Shown here: one piece after another, positions 27,846 through 36,406 of the stretch
Numbering within the stretch: the first letter of the stretch is position 1
How the letters are laid out: each line of letters opens with the position of its first letter
DNA from: an uncultured Desulfurococcaceae archaeon
GTDB taxonomy: Archaea > Thermoproteota > Thermoprotei_A > Sulfolobales > NBVN01
DNA length: 64,000 nucleotides
Assembly: GCA_964641155.1 (NCBI GenBank)
Contig: CAZXJO010000001.1
Coordinates: forward strand, 232,765-296,764
Direction: 5' to 3'
Notes under the pieces: model-generated
Database searches by the model: none
What the model was told of the DNA's origin: nothing
The model's input: the letters and a program-made list of their open reading frames with translations, nothing else
Position numbers and translations under genes: made by a program

Positions 27846-27853
27846 GGTAAAGA

Positions 27854-29185
27854 TCATATTACCCAACTTCCCACGGGTTTTGTGTAGGTACATCGTTTCT
27901 CCTTACCGTACCTACATAGGGGTTTTGTTAGGTGCTTCATCATTCTAGTCCTTGTGGTGTATAGCTTATTTACATCTTCAACTGTCTCCACTACCACCTT
28001 GCTCATGCCCAACGTTTTAAACCCACATCTCTCACATTTGAATCCTTTGTTAGTACCGGCGGATTTCATGCGTGAGCCGCATGAAGGGCATTTGGGGTTA
28101 TGTACCTGTGTCCTAATCTTCCTCTTTATAAAGATTTTCTCCACGTTTATTACATTTAAGAAATTGCTCCACTGCTTAACCGACCCACATAATATTACTT
28201 CGTCATCTCTGCCCAACTCACTAGCGACCTTAGTTAACGACGTTTCTTTGTAGAACACCGCATATGCTGGTGGGTTGGTGTCTATTTCTACGATGACGTC
28301 ACCACCCCTTAAGTGCTCTGGTTTTGATTTTATGGTGGCCTCCACACATAACGTCCTATACGTTCGTACCTCATCCGAGCTTCTGTTAATCAAGTGTGAG
28401 TCAGTACCTTGATTACTTCTAAATATCATATAACCATCAAATTCCTCACATATGTTTAACTCGTTGAAGTACTTTACGAGGATTTCAGGCTCCTCCCCCC
28501 TTATGCCAACTAACACTGGGTTATAGCCGTGTGGTGTTATAAGGACTCTACCCTCCTCATAATCGTAATTGTTGAAGACATGGTCCCTGTACTTAAGGTC
28601 CACCCTCCTCACAGAGTCGTTATCCACACACCTGTCCTCATTAGCAGATGATTTGCGGTAGGCTATTAACTCGTAGGTGCAGTCCGAACCCTGAGCCCAC
28701 CCAATAGCTGCCAGAGCCCCCACAACACCTCTTGAAATCCCCGTGGGGAGGATTAAATTATGTGTTTTCTCTATGACGTTCATCACGTAGTCCCTATGTA
28801 CGAAATCCGTTAATGCCTTCATGTAAAGCTTACTTAGCGCTACCGGCACATCACCTACAACAGCTGCTAGGCCGGGCTCACAACCGCTCATATCTTCATA
28901 GTTCGATACGTAGTCCTCCACCATCTTCTTAATTATGTTAACCACTAGTTCGCACTCACTTTCAGGGACCGACATCCTTAGGGCTACAGCACCATTTCCT
29001 CTAGTTCTAAACGGTATTGAGGGGTTCAACCTAACTAGGTTTGGATAGTCCACGAAGTCTACATGTGTTGACCTCAGTAGTTCCTTAACCACCAGGTACG
29101 CAAGATGTGTTGTACACCCGTTGAACTGGGAATCTATATCGTCAAGTCCTACATGCAGTAACTTCCTCGAACGATCATCTGACAT
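27854..29185 (-). CDS. tiaS: tRNA(Ile2) 2-agmatinylcytidine synthetase TiaS-like protein
   Basis: 443 aa. It has N-terminal HVGLDDIDS..GCTTHLAY and LVRLNPSIPFRTRGNGAVAL, as in TiaS/DUF1743, and a C-terminal Zn ribbon CPSCGSRMKSAGTNKGFKCERCG. Confidence 0.7.
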   Translation of the reverse strand: MSDDRSRKLLHVGLDDIDSQFNGCTTHLAYLVVKELLRSTHVDFVDYPNLVRLNPSIPFRTRGNGAVALRMSVPESECELVVNIIKKMVEDYVSNYEDMSGCEPGLAAVVGDVPVALSKLYMKALTDFVHRDYVMNVIEKTHNLILPTGISRGVVGALAAIGWAQGSDCTYELIAYRKSSANEDRCVDNDSVRRVDLKYRDHVFNNYDYEEGRVLITPHGYNPVLVGIRGEEPEILVKYFNELNICEEFDGYMIFRSNQGTDSHLINRSSDEVRTYRTLCVEATIKSKPEHLRGGDVIVEIDTNPPAYAVFYKETSLTKVASELGRDDEVILCGSVKQWSNFLNVINVEKIFIKRKIRTQVHNPKCPSCGSRMKSAGTNKGFKCERCGFKTLGMSKVVVETVEDVNKLYTTRTRMMKHLTKPLCRYGKEKRCTYTKPVGSWVI

Positions 29186-29199
29186 TCAGAATCATCTAA

Positions 29200-29445
29200 C
29201 TACTTACGAGTCTTGCCTTCAACAACGATCATGGTGAGCGTGGACCTAACCTTAGGTATTTTCCTTATCTTACTCGATATTATCTCCTTAAGCTCCTCAG
29301 TTGTGGGGGCACTTACCTTAACAACTAAGTCGTAAACACCGTAGACAACATACGCCTCAACTATACCCTCTATTGATGATAACAGGTTGAGGACTTCCTC
29401 CTCAGAACCAATGTCTGTATTGACAAGAACTACGGCTTCAGGCAT
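29200..29445 (-). CDS. Stand-alone Lrp/AsnC ligand-binding (RAM) domain protein
   Basis: 81 aa (VLVNTDIGSEEEVLNLLSSIEGIVEAYVVYGVYDLVVKV...) with no HTH. Confidence 0.7.
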   Translation of the reverse strand: MPEAVVLVNTDIGSEEEVLNLLSSIEGIVEAYVVYGVYDLVVKVSAPTTEELKEIISSKIRKIPKVRSTLTMIVVEGKTRK

Positions 29446-29475
29446 TATACCCCTAGTTAATTAAGGTATTGTGTG

Positions 29476-29483
29476 TTTATAAG
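29476..29483 (+). promoter_or_regulatory. TATA box for tsr3 (leaderless-type spacing)
   Basis: TTTATAAG is centred about 26 nt upstream of the ATG at 29506. Confidence 0.45.
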
Positions 29484-29505
29484 CTTTTTAATAAGTATGG
29501 ATGGG

Positions 29506-30030
29506 ATGGTTAAGGTATTTGTAGTTAGTTACGGGCATGACGACCCTAGGAAATGCTCTGCATTGAAGATGGTTAGATTAGGTTACGCAGTTAGAGTAAG
29601 GAATATACACTCACTACCTAAGAGTTGCTTAATCTTGAACCCGCTGTCCAGGACAGTACTAACGCCCCTGGATAAAGAGCTTGTGAGCAGACACGGCCTC
29701 GCAGTTATAGATGTTTCATGGAAGGAGGGGTTAGGAGAGCTTGAACGTTTAAGTTCCAGTGAGAGGCCTCAGAGAGTGCTACCACTGTTATTCGCGGGCA
29801 ACCCAACAAACTACGCTGTCGCAACTAAGTTGAGCAGTTTGGAAGCAGTAGCAGCTGCTTTATACATAACCGGCTTCAAAGACCTCTCCCTCAGAATCCT
29901 ATCAATAACTAAATGGGGCAACACGTTCTACGAACTAAACAAGGAATTACTAACCATCTACTCACAATGCACGTCAGTAGATGAACTGATGAAGGTCCAG
30001 GACGAAGTTTTGAGGAGGTTGAAAAATTAA
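29506..30030 (+). CDS. tsr3: 16S rRNA aminocarboxypropyltransferase Tsr3
   Basis: HDDPRKCSALKM, VIDVSWKEG and NPTNYAVATKLSSLEAVAAALYITGF are typical of Tsr3/DUF367. The ORF-track start at 29473 is probably too early. Confidence 0.75.
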   Translation: MVKVFVVSYGHDDPRKCSALKMVRLGYAVRVRNIHSLPKSCLILNPLSRTVLTPLDKELVSRHGLAVIDVSWKEGLGELERLSSSERPQRVLPLLFAGNPTNYAVATKLSSLEAVAAALYITGFKDLSLRILSITKWGNTFYELNKELLTIYSQCTSVDELMKVQDEVLRRLKN

Positions 30031-30059
30031 AACTTATCAACTCCAACACGGTTAAAAAC

Positions 30060-30393
30060 ATGCGGTCCGGAGCTGGCTGGTGGTCACGGGGCATCCCCCT
30101 GAGGAAACTCCGTCCTCCGCACGGTACCGGGACCTCGTAAGAGGTGCAGGGAGACCTGCGGCAACGGCACAGAAACGACACGTCCCACACCAGATGTCTA
30201 TGATGCTGTGAGGGTTAAGTAGTAATACTTAACCAGTAACCAGCTGAGTACGGTGTGGGGTGCGTTGAAACGGCCGACCCCCGGGGAGTAAGGCCAAGCA
30301 GTACCGATGAGTGCCGTGTGAGGTACGGGTGGGCCGCTAAGCCCAATACCACCGAAGTACAGAAGACGGGTTATAGCCAGCACCGGACCGCAT
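30060..30393 (+). ncRNA. rnpB: RNase P RNA
   Basis: An 11-bp terminal helix pairs ATGCGGTCCGG (30060-30070) with CCGGACCGCAT (30383-30393). A P2-like pairing joins GCTGGCT and AGCCAGC. The CR-I-like GAGGAAACTCCGTC pairs with CR-V-like ACAGAAGACGGGTTATAGCC. Internal CGTAAGAGGTGCA, GTTGAAACGG and GTAAGGCCAAGCAG resemble S-domain/P15 conserved blocks. Confidence 0.85.
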
Positions 30394-30401
30394 AAACAAC
30401 C

Positions 30402-30647
30402 TCAAGTTACCTTCAAAACACGTCCTTTTGTTTTTAATGTGCCCTCCATCACTTCACAAACTACCGTGATGACATCACTAGTTTGCGATCTTACTATTCT
30501 GACCCCGGACACAGAGTTCGATATTTCCAGTAGGCCCGCGTCATGGAGTTCCTCACGATTTATAAGCCTGCCGTCGGCATCGTAAGTGTTTACCTCAACA
30601 TGTTTACCTCTCAGAAACAGAATGCACGTAGGCGTAATCACACCCAC
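30402..30647 (-). CDS. Hypothetical protein
   Basis: 81-aa ORF convergent with the RNase P RNA, with no recognisable motif. Confidence 0.35.
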   Translation of the reverse strand: MGVITPTCILFLRGKHVEVNTYDADGRLINREELHDAGLLEISNSVSGVRIVRSQTSDVITVVCEVMEGTLKTKGRVLKVT

Positions 30648-30801
30648 AACATAACTACCATCAACATATATAAGCCCATTACCAACTTAATCTAGGTAAA
30701 TGTGAGTGGTAAAACGTGTTCGTAAGTTGTGGGTGTACGTATGGGTAGTGGGACACCAGTTTTAGTTAGGTCTCACAACCGTTGCTGCATGCAGTGGTGA
30801 T

Positions 30802-31089
30802 ATGTTGACCAAGTACAGAAACTATAGAAACGTGTACGACGTTGATGTGAGGCGGTTCAGCATATATGGCAATAACAGCACTAATAAGGGGGAGGTTAAC
30901 GTGGGTGATGAAATAGATGTCTTGGTGAGGGAGATGGATGAAAGTGGTAGGGGTGTGGGGTTCTACAAGGGTTATAAGGTCTTAATACCTAAAGGATTTC
31001 TAAACGAGAGGGTTAGGGTCAGGATCGTAAGGGTTTTAAATGAGGTCTTGCAGGGCGTTGTGGTTCACAGGTATGATTCCACCGGCTAG
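30802..31089 (+). CDS. TRAM domain protein
   Basis: VGDEIDVLVREMDESGRGVGFYKGYKVLIPKGFLNERVRVRIVRV matches the TRAM beta-barrel pattern. The true start may be downstream of 30802. Confidence 0.7.
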   Translation: MLTKYRNYRNVYDVDVRRFSIYGNNSTNKGEVNVGDEIDVLVREMDESGRGVGFYKGYKVLIPKGFLNERVRVRIVRVLNEVLQGVVVHRYDSTG

Positions 31090-31156
31090 GTGGTGACATA
31101 CAACGTATCTCTTTAAAATATGTTTGAGTTAATACTATTTAATCAGGTATGAATGA

Positions 31157-33361
31157 ATGTCATCGCGAACACTTGCGGAACTTCTGTGGGTTGAGAAGTA
31201 CAGGCCGAAGACCCTATCAGAAATCGTTAACCAGGGAGATATTGTCAGGAGGTTACAACAGTTTGTTAAAGAGCGGAACATGCCACACCTACTGTTTGCG
31301 GGGCCTCCGGGAACCGGTAAGACGACAGCAGCCCACGCATTCGCTCACGATCTTTACGGCCCGGACTACAGGATGTACATGCTTGAGTTAAACGCATCTG
31401 TCTCCAAAAACACCCCAATACTTGTTAGGATGAACGGGAGGACAACCCTAACAACGTTTGCGGAGCTGGACAAGCTGTACTTCTCCGAATGTGATGGGGA
31501 CATATCATCTAAGGTAGTGAACGACCTAGAGGTTTTGACCATCGATGAGGACCTGAAGGTTAAGTGGGGGAGGGTCACCAGGATAATGCGGCATAAGGTA
31601 CCTGTCGTGTTGAGGCTGAAGTTAGAGCAGGGAGGTATCTTGGAGTTAACCGGGAACCACTCAATAATGGTACTGACTGAGGAGGGTTTGAAAGCTGTTA
31701 AAGCGAGTGAGTTAAAGGTCGGGGATTTCCTCCTCACCTTTACGGCAAACATTGAAGGAAGAGTTAACGTACCCCCAGTTAAACCAAGCATTCCTAAGCG
31801 TAGTGGTGAGGATGTAGCCATTGAGGGACCTACCTCAGAGGGAGGAACATTGTCGGCACATGCTTCAGAGGCTTCGGGACCTAACCCGTTCATGAATTGT
31901 ACACCTTCAGCCCCCAGCACACCTACCGCGAACTTCAATTATTTAGATGCTCTAAGCGCTGATCTAGTGAGATTTGTGAAAGGAGCTGCAGTTGGTTGTG
32001 TTGGTAATCAAACGGCTTACGGAAGGAGGATGCCATCATACATCTTCGACCTCCCAACATATGCACGCCTGAACTTCCTGAAGGGTTTGGTCTGGGGTGG
32101 CGGGGTTGGTGGGTTGTGTAGCGTAATTAGGCTGAGCTCGCCGTCGGCGGAAATGCTTACAGATATTGTGTGGTTAGGTAGGATCTCGGGTGTTGAAACA
32201 AGCCTGCAGGGAGATTGTGAGGTAAGACTTAATTGGGCAGATGGTGCTGAGTCGCGGAACTCGGGGTTAGTGAACCTCGCGTCGATTAGAAATCTTATAG
32301 AGAGATTATTGAACAAGGCTTCAGGGGACTGGAGGTATGTCCTGAGGCGTCAGCTATGTGAGGGGGAGGGGAGGATCAGTAAGGAGGAGCTCGCCAGAGC
32401 GATCAGCATGGTCAGCCCGGAGGGGCTTGATGGTGAAGAAAGGAAAGCTTTTGAATTATTGAGTAAGATAGCGAACTCAGACATTCATTCCATCAAGATA
32501 ACGGATATAGAGTTAGTGGAATATAACGACTATGTTTACGATGTAAGCGTTCCGGGGGGTGAGATGTTTTTCGCAGGAACAGTACCAGTGCTATTACACA
32601 ATTCCGATGAACGCGGCATTGACGTGATTAGGGGTAAGGTTAAGGAGTTCTCCAGGAGTAAGCTACCTGCCAACGTACCGTTCAAGATAGTACTGCTTGA
32701 TGAGTCGGATAACATGACAGCAGATGCTCAGCAGGCGCTCAGAAGGCTGATGGAGATGTACGTCGATGTGACACGCTTCATTTTGGTGGCGAACTACCCG
32801 AGCAAGATCATAGAGCCGATCCAGTCCAGGTGCGCTGTGTTCAGGTTCGTACCTCTCAGGAAGGAAGATGTTGTGGGTAGGTTGAGGTGGATCTGCAAGA
32901 ATGAAGGTATTAAATGTGATGAGGAGGCGTTAGAAGTCATACATGATATCTCTGAGGGTGATATGAGGAAGTCCATAAACATATTGCAGGCTTCTGCAAG
33001 CATAGGTGAGGTGAACGTATCAAACGTCTTTAAAGTTGTCGGGCTGGCGCATCCGAGGGAGGTTAGGGAAATGATGCAGTTAGTTCTCGAAGGTAAGTTC
33101 ATGGAGGCTAGAGACAAGTTACGTGAACTCATGATCACCTACGGTATCTCAGGGACTGATATAATCAAGCAGATCCATAGGGAGGTGTTCAGTCAGGAAC
33201 TGTCAATGCCCGAGCCCTTAAGGGTCGAAATCGCGGATTACTTAGGTGAGATTCAGTTTAGGCTGGTTGAAGGTGCTGACGAAGAGATTCAGTTAAACGC
33301 GTTGCTAGCCAAGTTAGCCTTACTTGGGAGAGCTGCTAAGACAATAAAACCTGCGAAGTGA
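31157..33361 (+). CDS. rfcS: Replication factor C small subunit, interrupted by an intein
   Basis: 734-aa ORF. The exteins (80 + 252 aa) give a normal 332-aa RFC-S with WVEKYRP, GPPGTGKTT, LELNA|SDERGIDVIR, LDESDNMT and SRC. Confidence 0.95.
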   Translation: MSSRTLAELLWVEKYRPKTLSEIVNQGDIVRRLQQFVKERNMPHLLFAGPPGTGKTTAAHAFAHDLYGPDYRMYMLELNASVSKNTPILVRMNGRTTLTTFAELDKLYFSECDGDISSKVVNDLEVLTIDEDLKVKWGRVTRIMRHKVPVVLRLKLEQGGILELTGNHSIMVLTEEGLKAVKASELKVGDFLLTFTANIEGRVNVPPVKPSIPKRSGEDVAIEGPTSEGGTLSAHASEASGPNPFMNCTPSAPSTPTANFNYLDALSADLVRFVKGAAVGCVGNQTAYGRRMPSYIFDLPTYARLNFLKGLVWGGGVGGLCSVIRLSSPSAEMLTDIVWLGRISGVETSLQGDCEVRLNWADGAESRNSGLVNLASIRNLIERLLNKASGDWRYVLRRQLCEGEGRISKEELARAISMVSPEGLDGEERKAFELLSKIANSDIHSIKITDIELVEYNDYVYDVSVPGGEMFFAGTVPVLLHNSDERGIDVIRGKVKEFSRSKLPANVPFKIVLLDESDNMTADAQQALRRLMEMYVDVTRFILVANYPSKIIEPIQSRCAVFRFVPLRKEDVVGRLRWICKNEGIKCDEEALEVIHDISEGDMRKSINILQASASIGEVNVSNVFKVVGLAHPREVREMMQLVLEGKFMEARDKLRELMITYGISGTDIIKQIHREVFSQELSMPEPLRVEIADYLGEIQFRLVEGADEEIQLNALLAKLALLGRAAKTIKPAK
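31397..32602 (+). mobile_element. Intein in rfcS, 402 aa, Ser1 type
   Basis: It begins with Ser (TCT, 31397) after LELNA and ends ..VLLHN (AAT, 32600-32602) followed by Ser. Block B is TGNH. It has a degenerate LAGLIDADG-like motif NFLKGLVWGGGVG and a low-complexity Pro/Ser/Ala linker. Confidence 0.85.
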
Positions 33362-33374
33362 TGAGGTTAAAGAT

Positions 33375-34760
33375 TTGAGGAAACTGCCTTGGGTAATAAA
33401 GTACAGACCTAAGAAGCTGGGTGACATAGTTAATCAAGAAGAGGCTAAGGAAGAGCTCATAAAGTGGGTTGAGTCGTGGCTTAGGGGAACACCTCAGGAG
33501 AAGGCGGTACTCCTTTACGGACCTCCCGGATGTGGGAAGACAAGCCTAACGGAAGCGTTGGCGAGGGAGTACGGCTTAGAGCTCATCGAAATGAACGCAA
33601 GCGACTACAGAAGGAGGCTCGACCTAGATAGGGTAGCCAGGGTTGCGGCACTTCAAAAGAGTATCGTGGGGAGGGCGAAGTTAATACTCTTAGATGAGGT
33701 GGACGGCATATCGGGGACCGCTGATGTGGGGGCTTTAGAAACGATCTTAGACATAATCAGGGCCACTATGAACCCCATAGTAATGACTGCCAACGATCCA
33801 TGGGACCCTAGGTTAAGGCCCCTGAGAGATGCTGTTAAGTTAGTTGAGTTTCGAAGACTTACTAAAACAGATGTCAAGAAGGTGCTGTTCAGGATATGTA
33901 ATGAGGAGAGATTAACATGTGATGAGGACGCCGTTGATTTCATAGCTGAAAGATGTGAGGGCGACCTAAGATCAGCTATAAATGACTTAGAGGCCGTCTC
34001 TGAGGGTTACGGAAAGGTCACCTTAGAATCTGTTAAGAGCTTACTAGGGCAGAGGAACAGGGAGTACCAGCCCTTCGACGTAGTTAGGAAGATCTTCATA
34101 TCTAAGTACGCCTGGCAGGCTAAGCAAGCTACGCAGCAAACAGACCTAACACCCGACGAACTCATACAATGGATTAACGAGAACTTACCTAGGCAGGTCT
34201 CAGACCCTGAAGACTTATGGCGGGCTTACGACCACCTCTCTAAAGCTGACGTATATATGGGTAGGATCGTTAAGACCGGTAGTTGGGACCTACTCTCCTA
34301 CGCAGTAGAGTTGATGTCTGCTGGGGTGTCCCTATCAATAATAAACGATGTTAAGGGCAAGTACAGATGGGTTAAGTATAACTTCCCTCAAAAAGTATTG
34401 ATAGCTGCCAAAACCAAGGAAACCAGGCAATTGAGGGATGAGCTAGCTGAGGTGGTGGGCAGGCATTTAAACGCATCTAAGGCTAAGGTTAAGTCCGACG
34501 TTCTGCCGTACCTTAAAATAATTTTTAACGTTAACGCTGAGGCCGCGGCCAGGCTTGCGTTGGGTTTGAACCTTACGGAGAACATGGTTAGGTACCTATC
34601 ACCGCAGAATTCGTCTAGGATCATAGAGCTGATGCACAAGCTTAAGGTTGAGTCCAGTAAGAAGGTGGAGAAGTCGAAGCAGGGAAAACCGAGTGAAAGA
34701 AGACCGGATACGAAAGGTAGGCCAGGCACGTTAGACGGTTACCTAATGGACAAACATTAA
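33375..34760 (+). CDS. rfcL: Replication factor C large subunit
   Basis: 461 aa with PWVIKYRPKKL, GPPGCGKTS, LLDEVDG and a basic C-terminal tail. Confidence 0.9.
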   Translation: MRKLPWVIKYRPKKLGDIVNQEEAKEELIKWVESWLRGTPQEKAVLLYGPPGCGKTSLTEALAREYGLELIEMNASDYRRRLDLDRVARVAALQKSIVGRAKLILLDEVDGISGTADVGALETILDIIRATMNPIVMTANDPWDPRLRPLRDAVKLVEFRRLTKTDVKKVLFRICNEERLTCDEDAVDFIAERCEGDLRSAINDLEAVSEGYGKVTLESVKSLLGQRNREYQPFDVVRKIFISKYAWQAKQATQQTDLTPDELIQWINENLPRQVSDPEDLWRAYDHLSKADVYMGRIVKTGSWDLLSYAVELMSAGVSLSIINDVKGKYRWVKYNFPQKVLIAAKTKETRQLRDELAEVVGRHLNASKAKVKSDVLPYLKIIFNVNAEAAARLALGLNLTENMVRYLSPQNSSRIIELMHKLKVESSKKVEKSKQGKPSERRPDTKGRPGTLDGYLMDKH

Positions 34761-34765
34761 TTAAC

Positions 34766-35026
34766 TCAACCGTTTAAGGCCCTCAACATATCCTCTATAT
34801 ACCTTACACGTGGGTTAACCCAGTTAGGCCTGTATATCTTAACCCTACCTAACCGTATTTCATCAATGATGTTACACGATTTTAAGTAGTTGATATGCCT
34901 GGTGACTGAGGCGTAGTTCAACCTCGTCTCCCTAATTATCGACGTCAAGTTTATCTCACCATGAAATAAAATAGCCTTAAGCACCTTCACCCTACCCCTG
35001 CTAGAGAATATGTCTTCAAAACTCAT
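34766..35026 (-). CDS. Winged-helix (ArsR-like) DNA-binding protein, coupled to orc1/cdc6
   Basis: 86 aa (RGRVKVLKAILFHGEINLTSIIRETRLNYASVTRHINYLKSCNII). Its start overlaps the orc1/cdc6 stop by 4 nt. Confidence 0.6.
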   Translation of the reverse strand: MSFEDIFSSRGRVKVLKAILFHGEINLTSIIRETRLNYASVTRHINYLKSCNIIDEIRLGRVKIYRPNWVNPRVRYIEDMLRALNG

Positions 35027-36291
35027 TGACCATTACCTTCATACGCTACCTTAACCTTAAGTAGCTCATCAACCTTAGCTTTGATAATGTTTAAAGGTGC
35101 TAGACTTACCGATATATACGTGCTCCTCCCCCTCCTACCCTTGAACGATGTCGAAGAAATCAGTATCCCTAACCTCCTCAGATTCACTATGTACTCGTAG
35201 AGCTTCGTATGCTTTCTGGGCTCAACACCGTAGTCCTCACATAGTCTGTGATATATTTCCTCAACCAACCCGGTGTTCACGTAGGGTTCCCCACTCTCCA
35301 TTAACGCAGTTACTATAGCCTTTAACGTAAGTAGTTCATGAAGGCTTAAGTACGGCAGCGTATCATTCAAAGTCACAGCATCGGGTTCGACTATCGAGCA
35401 AGCCTTCCTTACATGGTCTAATGATATGCTCATAGCACCTTCCCTTTCAGCTATCTCACCAGCTATTAAGAGTATCTCAAGGGCGGCTCTGGCGTTCCCA
35501 GGACCGCCTTTATCGCTGCCCACAACATCGGATATGTATCTTAAGACATCGTCGGAGACAGCTCCTTCAAATATCGATTCATCAGCCCTAGACCTAAGTA
35601 TGTCGTAGAGCTCATGCGATTTATAGGGATTGAACATCACTAGGTTCTTCATCAGGTAGGACTCCGTAGTGGGGTCCAACATCGACAGTGATGTGGCGGA
35701 CTTACTTATGAATATGAAGTTCAACCTCTTAACCTTATCCGGGAACTCGTCATAAACTCTAACTAGGAAGTAGACAGCATCGCTCCCGGCGACGTTGATG
35801 AAGTAGTCGAACTCATCTAAAGCAGCCACCACGTACATGTTCTCGCTATCCACTAATTCCAACATGTAGTTGAGGACCTCCCTCACTGATAAACCCCTCT
35901 GAGGTATCGGGAGCCTCAACTGCCTAACAATCTCGTTCACGACCTCGAATAACGTGCGGTCTCTGTGGCAATTTACGTGGACATAGTTTACGTTTAACCC
36001 CCTCTTCTTAGCTATTTGAGTGAATTCCTTGCCGAATATTCGAGCAGTGACCGTTTTACCGGTGCCGATACCGCCCACCACGAGGGCTTTATGGCTTATC
36101 GTCCCAGGCGTTAGGAGCATTGGCTTGAATATGTTCGCAAGCGTTTTCAGCTCGTTTTCCCTGTGTGGGAGGGAGTTCGGTAAGTACTCAGGGTACAACT
36201 TCTCCTTACTCTTAAACAGTGATACCCTATTCAATTCACTTTCAATTATGTTACGAACGTCACTCAACACTTTCACCAAACTCAAGTCCAC
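35023..36291 (-). CDS. cdc6: Orc1/Cdc6 replication initiator
   Basis: 422 aa with PEYLPNSLPHRENEL, Walker A GGIGTGKTVTA, Walker B ALDEFD and a C-terminal winged helix. Confidence 0.9.
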   Translation of the reverse strand: MDLSLVKVLSDVRNIIESELNRVSLFKSKEKLYPEYLPNSLPHRENELKTLANIFKPMLLTPGTISHKALVVGGIGTGKTVTARIFGKEFTQIAKKRGLNVNYVHVNCHRDRTLFEVVNEIVRQLRLPIPQRGLSVREVLNYMLELVDSENMYVVAALDEFDYFINVAGSDAVYFLVRVYDEFPDKVKRLNFIFISKSATSLSMLDPTTESYLMKNLVMFNPYKSHELYDILRSRADESIFEGAVSDDVLRYISDVVGSDKGGPGNARAALEILLIAGEIAEREGAMSISLDHVRKACSIVEPDAVTLNDTLPYLSLHELLTLKAIVTALMESGEPYVNTGLVEEIYHRLCEDYGVEPRKHTKLYEYIVNLRRLGILISSTSFKGRRGRSTYISVSLAPLNIIKAKVDELLKVKVAYEGNGQ

Positions 36292-36406
36292 TTAATTCTC
36301 CGCCGTAATACTATATTAATCTTACATGTCTGGTTGCTGGTAAATGCTTAAACCAGCCGTTGAAGGATTTTAACATACGAGAAAACTTTAGTTGAGGTAT
36401 GAGAAG

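Noticed and set aside
29909-30383. Two minus-strand ORFs (93 and 61 aa) between tsr3 and the 81-aa hypothetical gene
   Set aside because: They overlap the RNase P RNA almost completely. Their Cys/Arg/Pro/Gly-rich sequences look like translated structured RNA, and the first also overlaps the tsr3 3' end.
31149-31391. 80-aa plus-strand ORF overlapping the start of rfcS in another frame
   Set aside because: The rfcS frame carries the conserved WVEKYRP and GPPGTGKTT motifs over the same nucleotides. The alternative frame has no recognisable features.
36292-36406. Gap upstream of orc1/cdc6, checked for origin elements
   Set aside because: It is only 115 nt with no ORB-like motif. It contains a TATA-like TTAATATAGT for cdc6 and a 6-bp inverted repeat (CTGGTT/AACCAG) that more likely belongs to the nop5 3' end.
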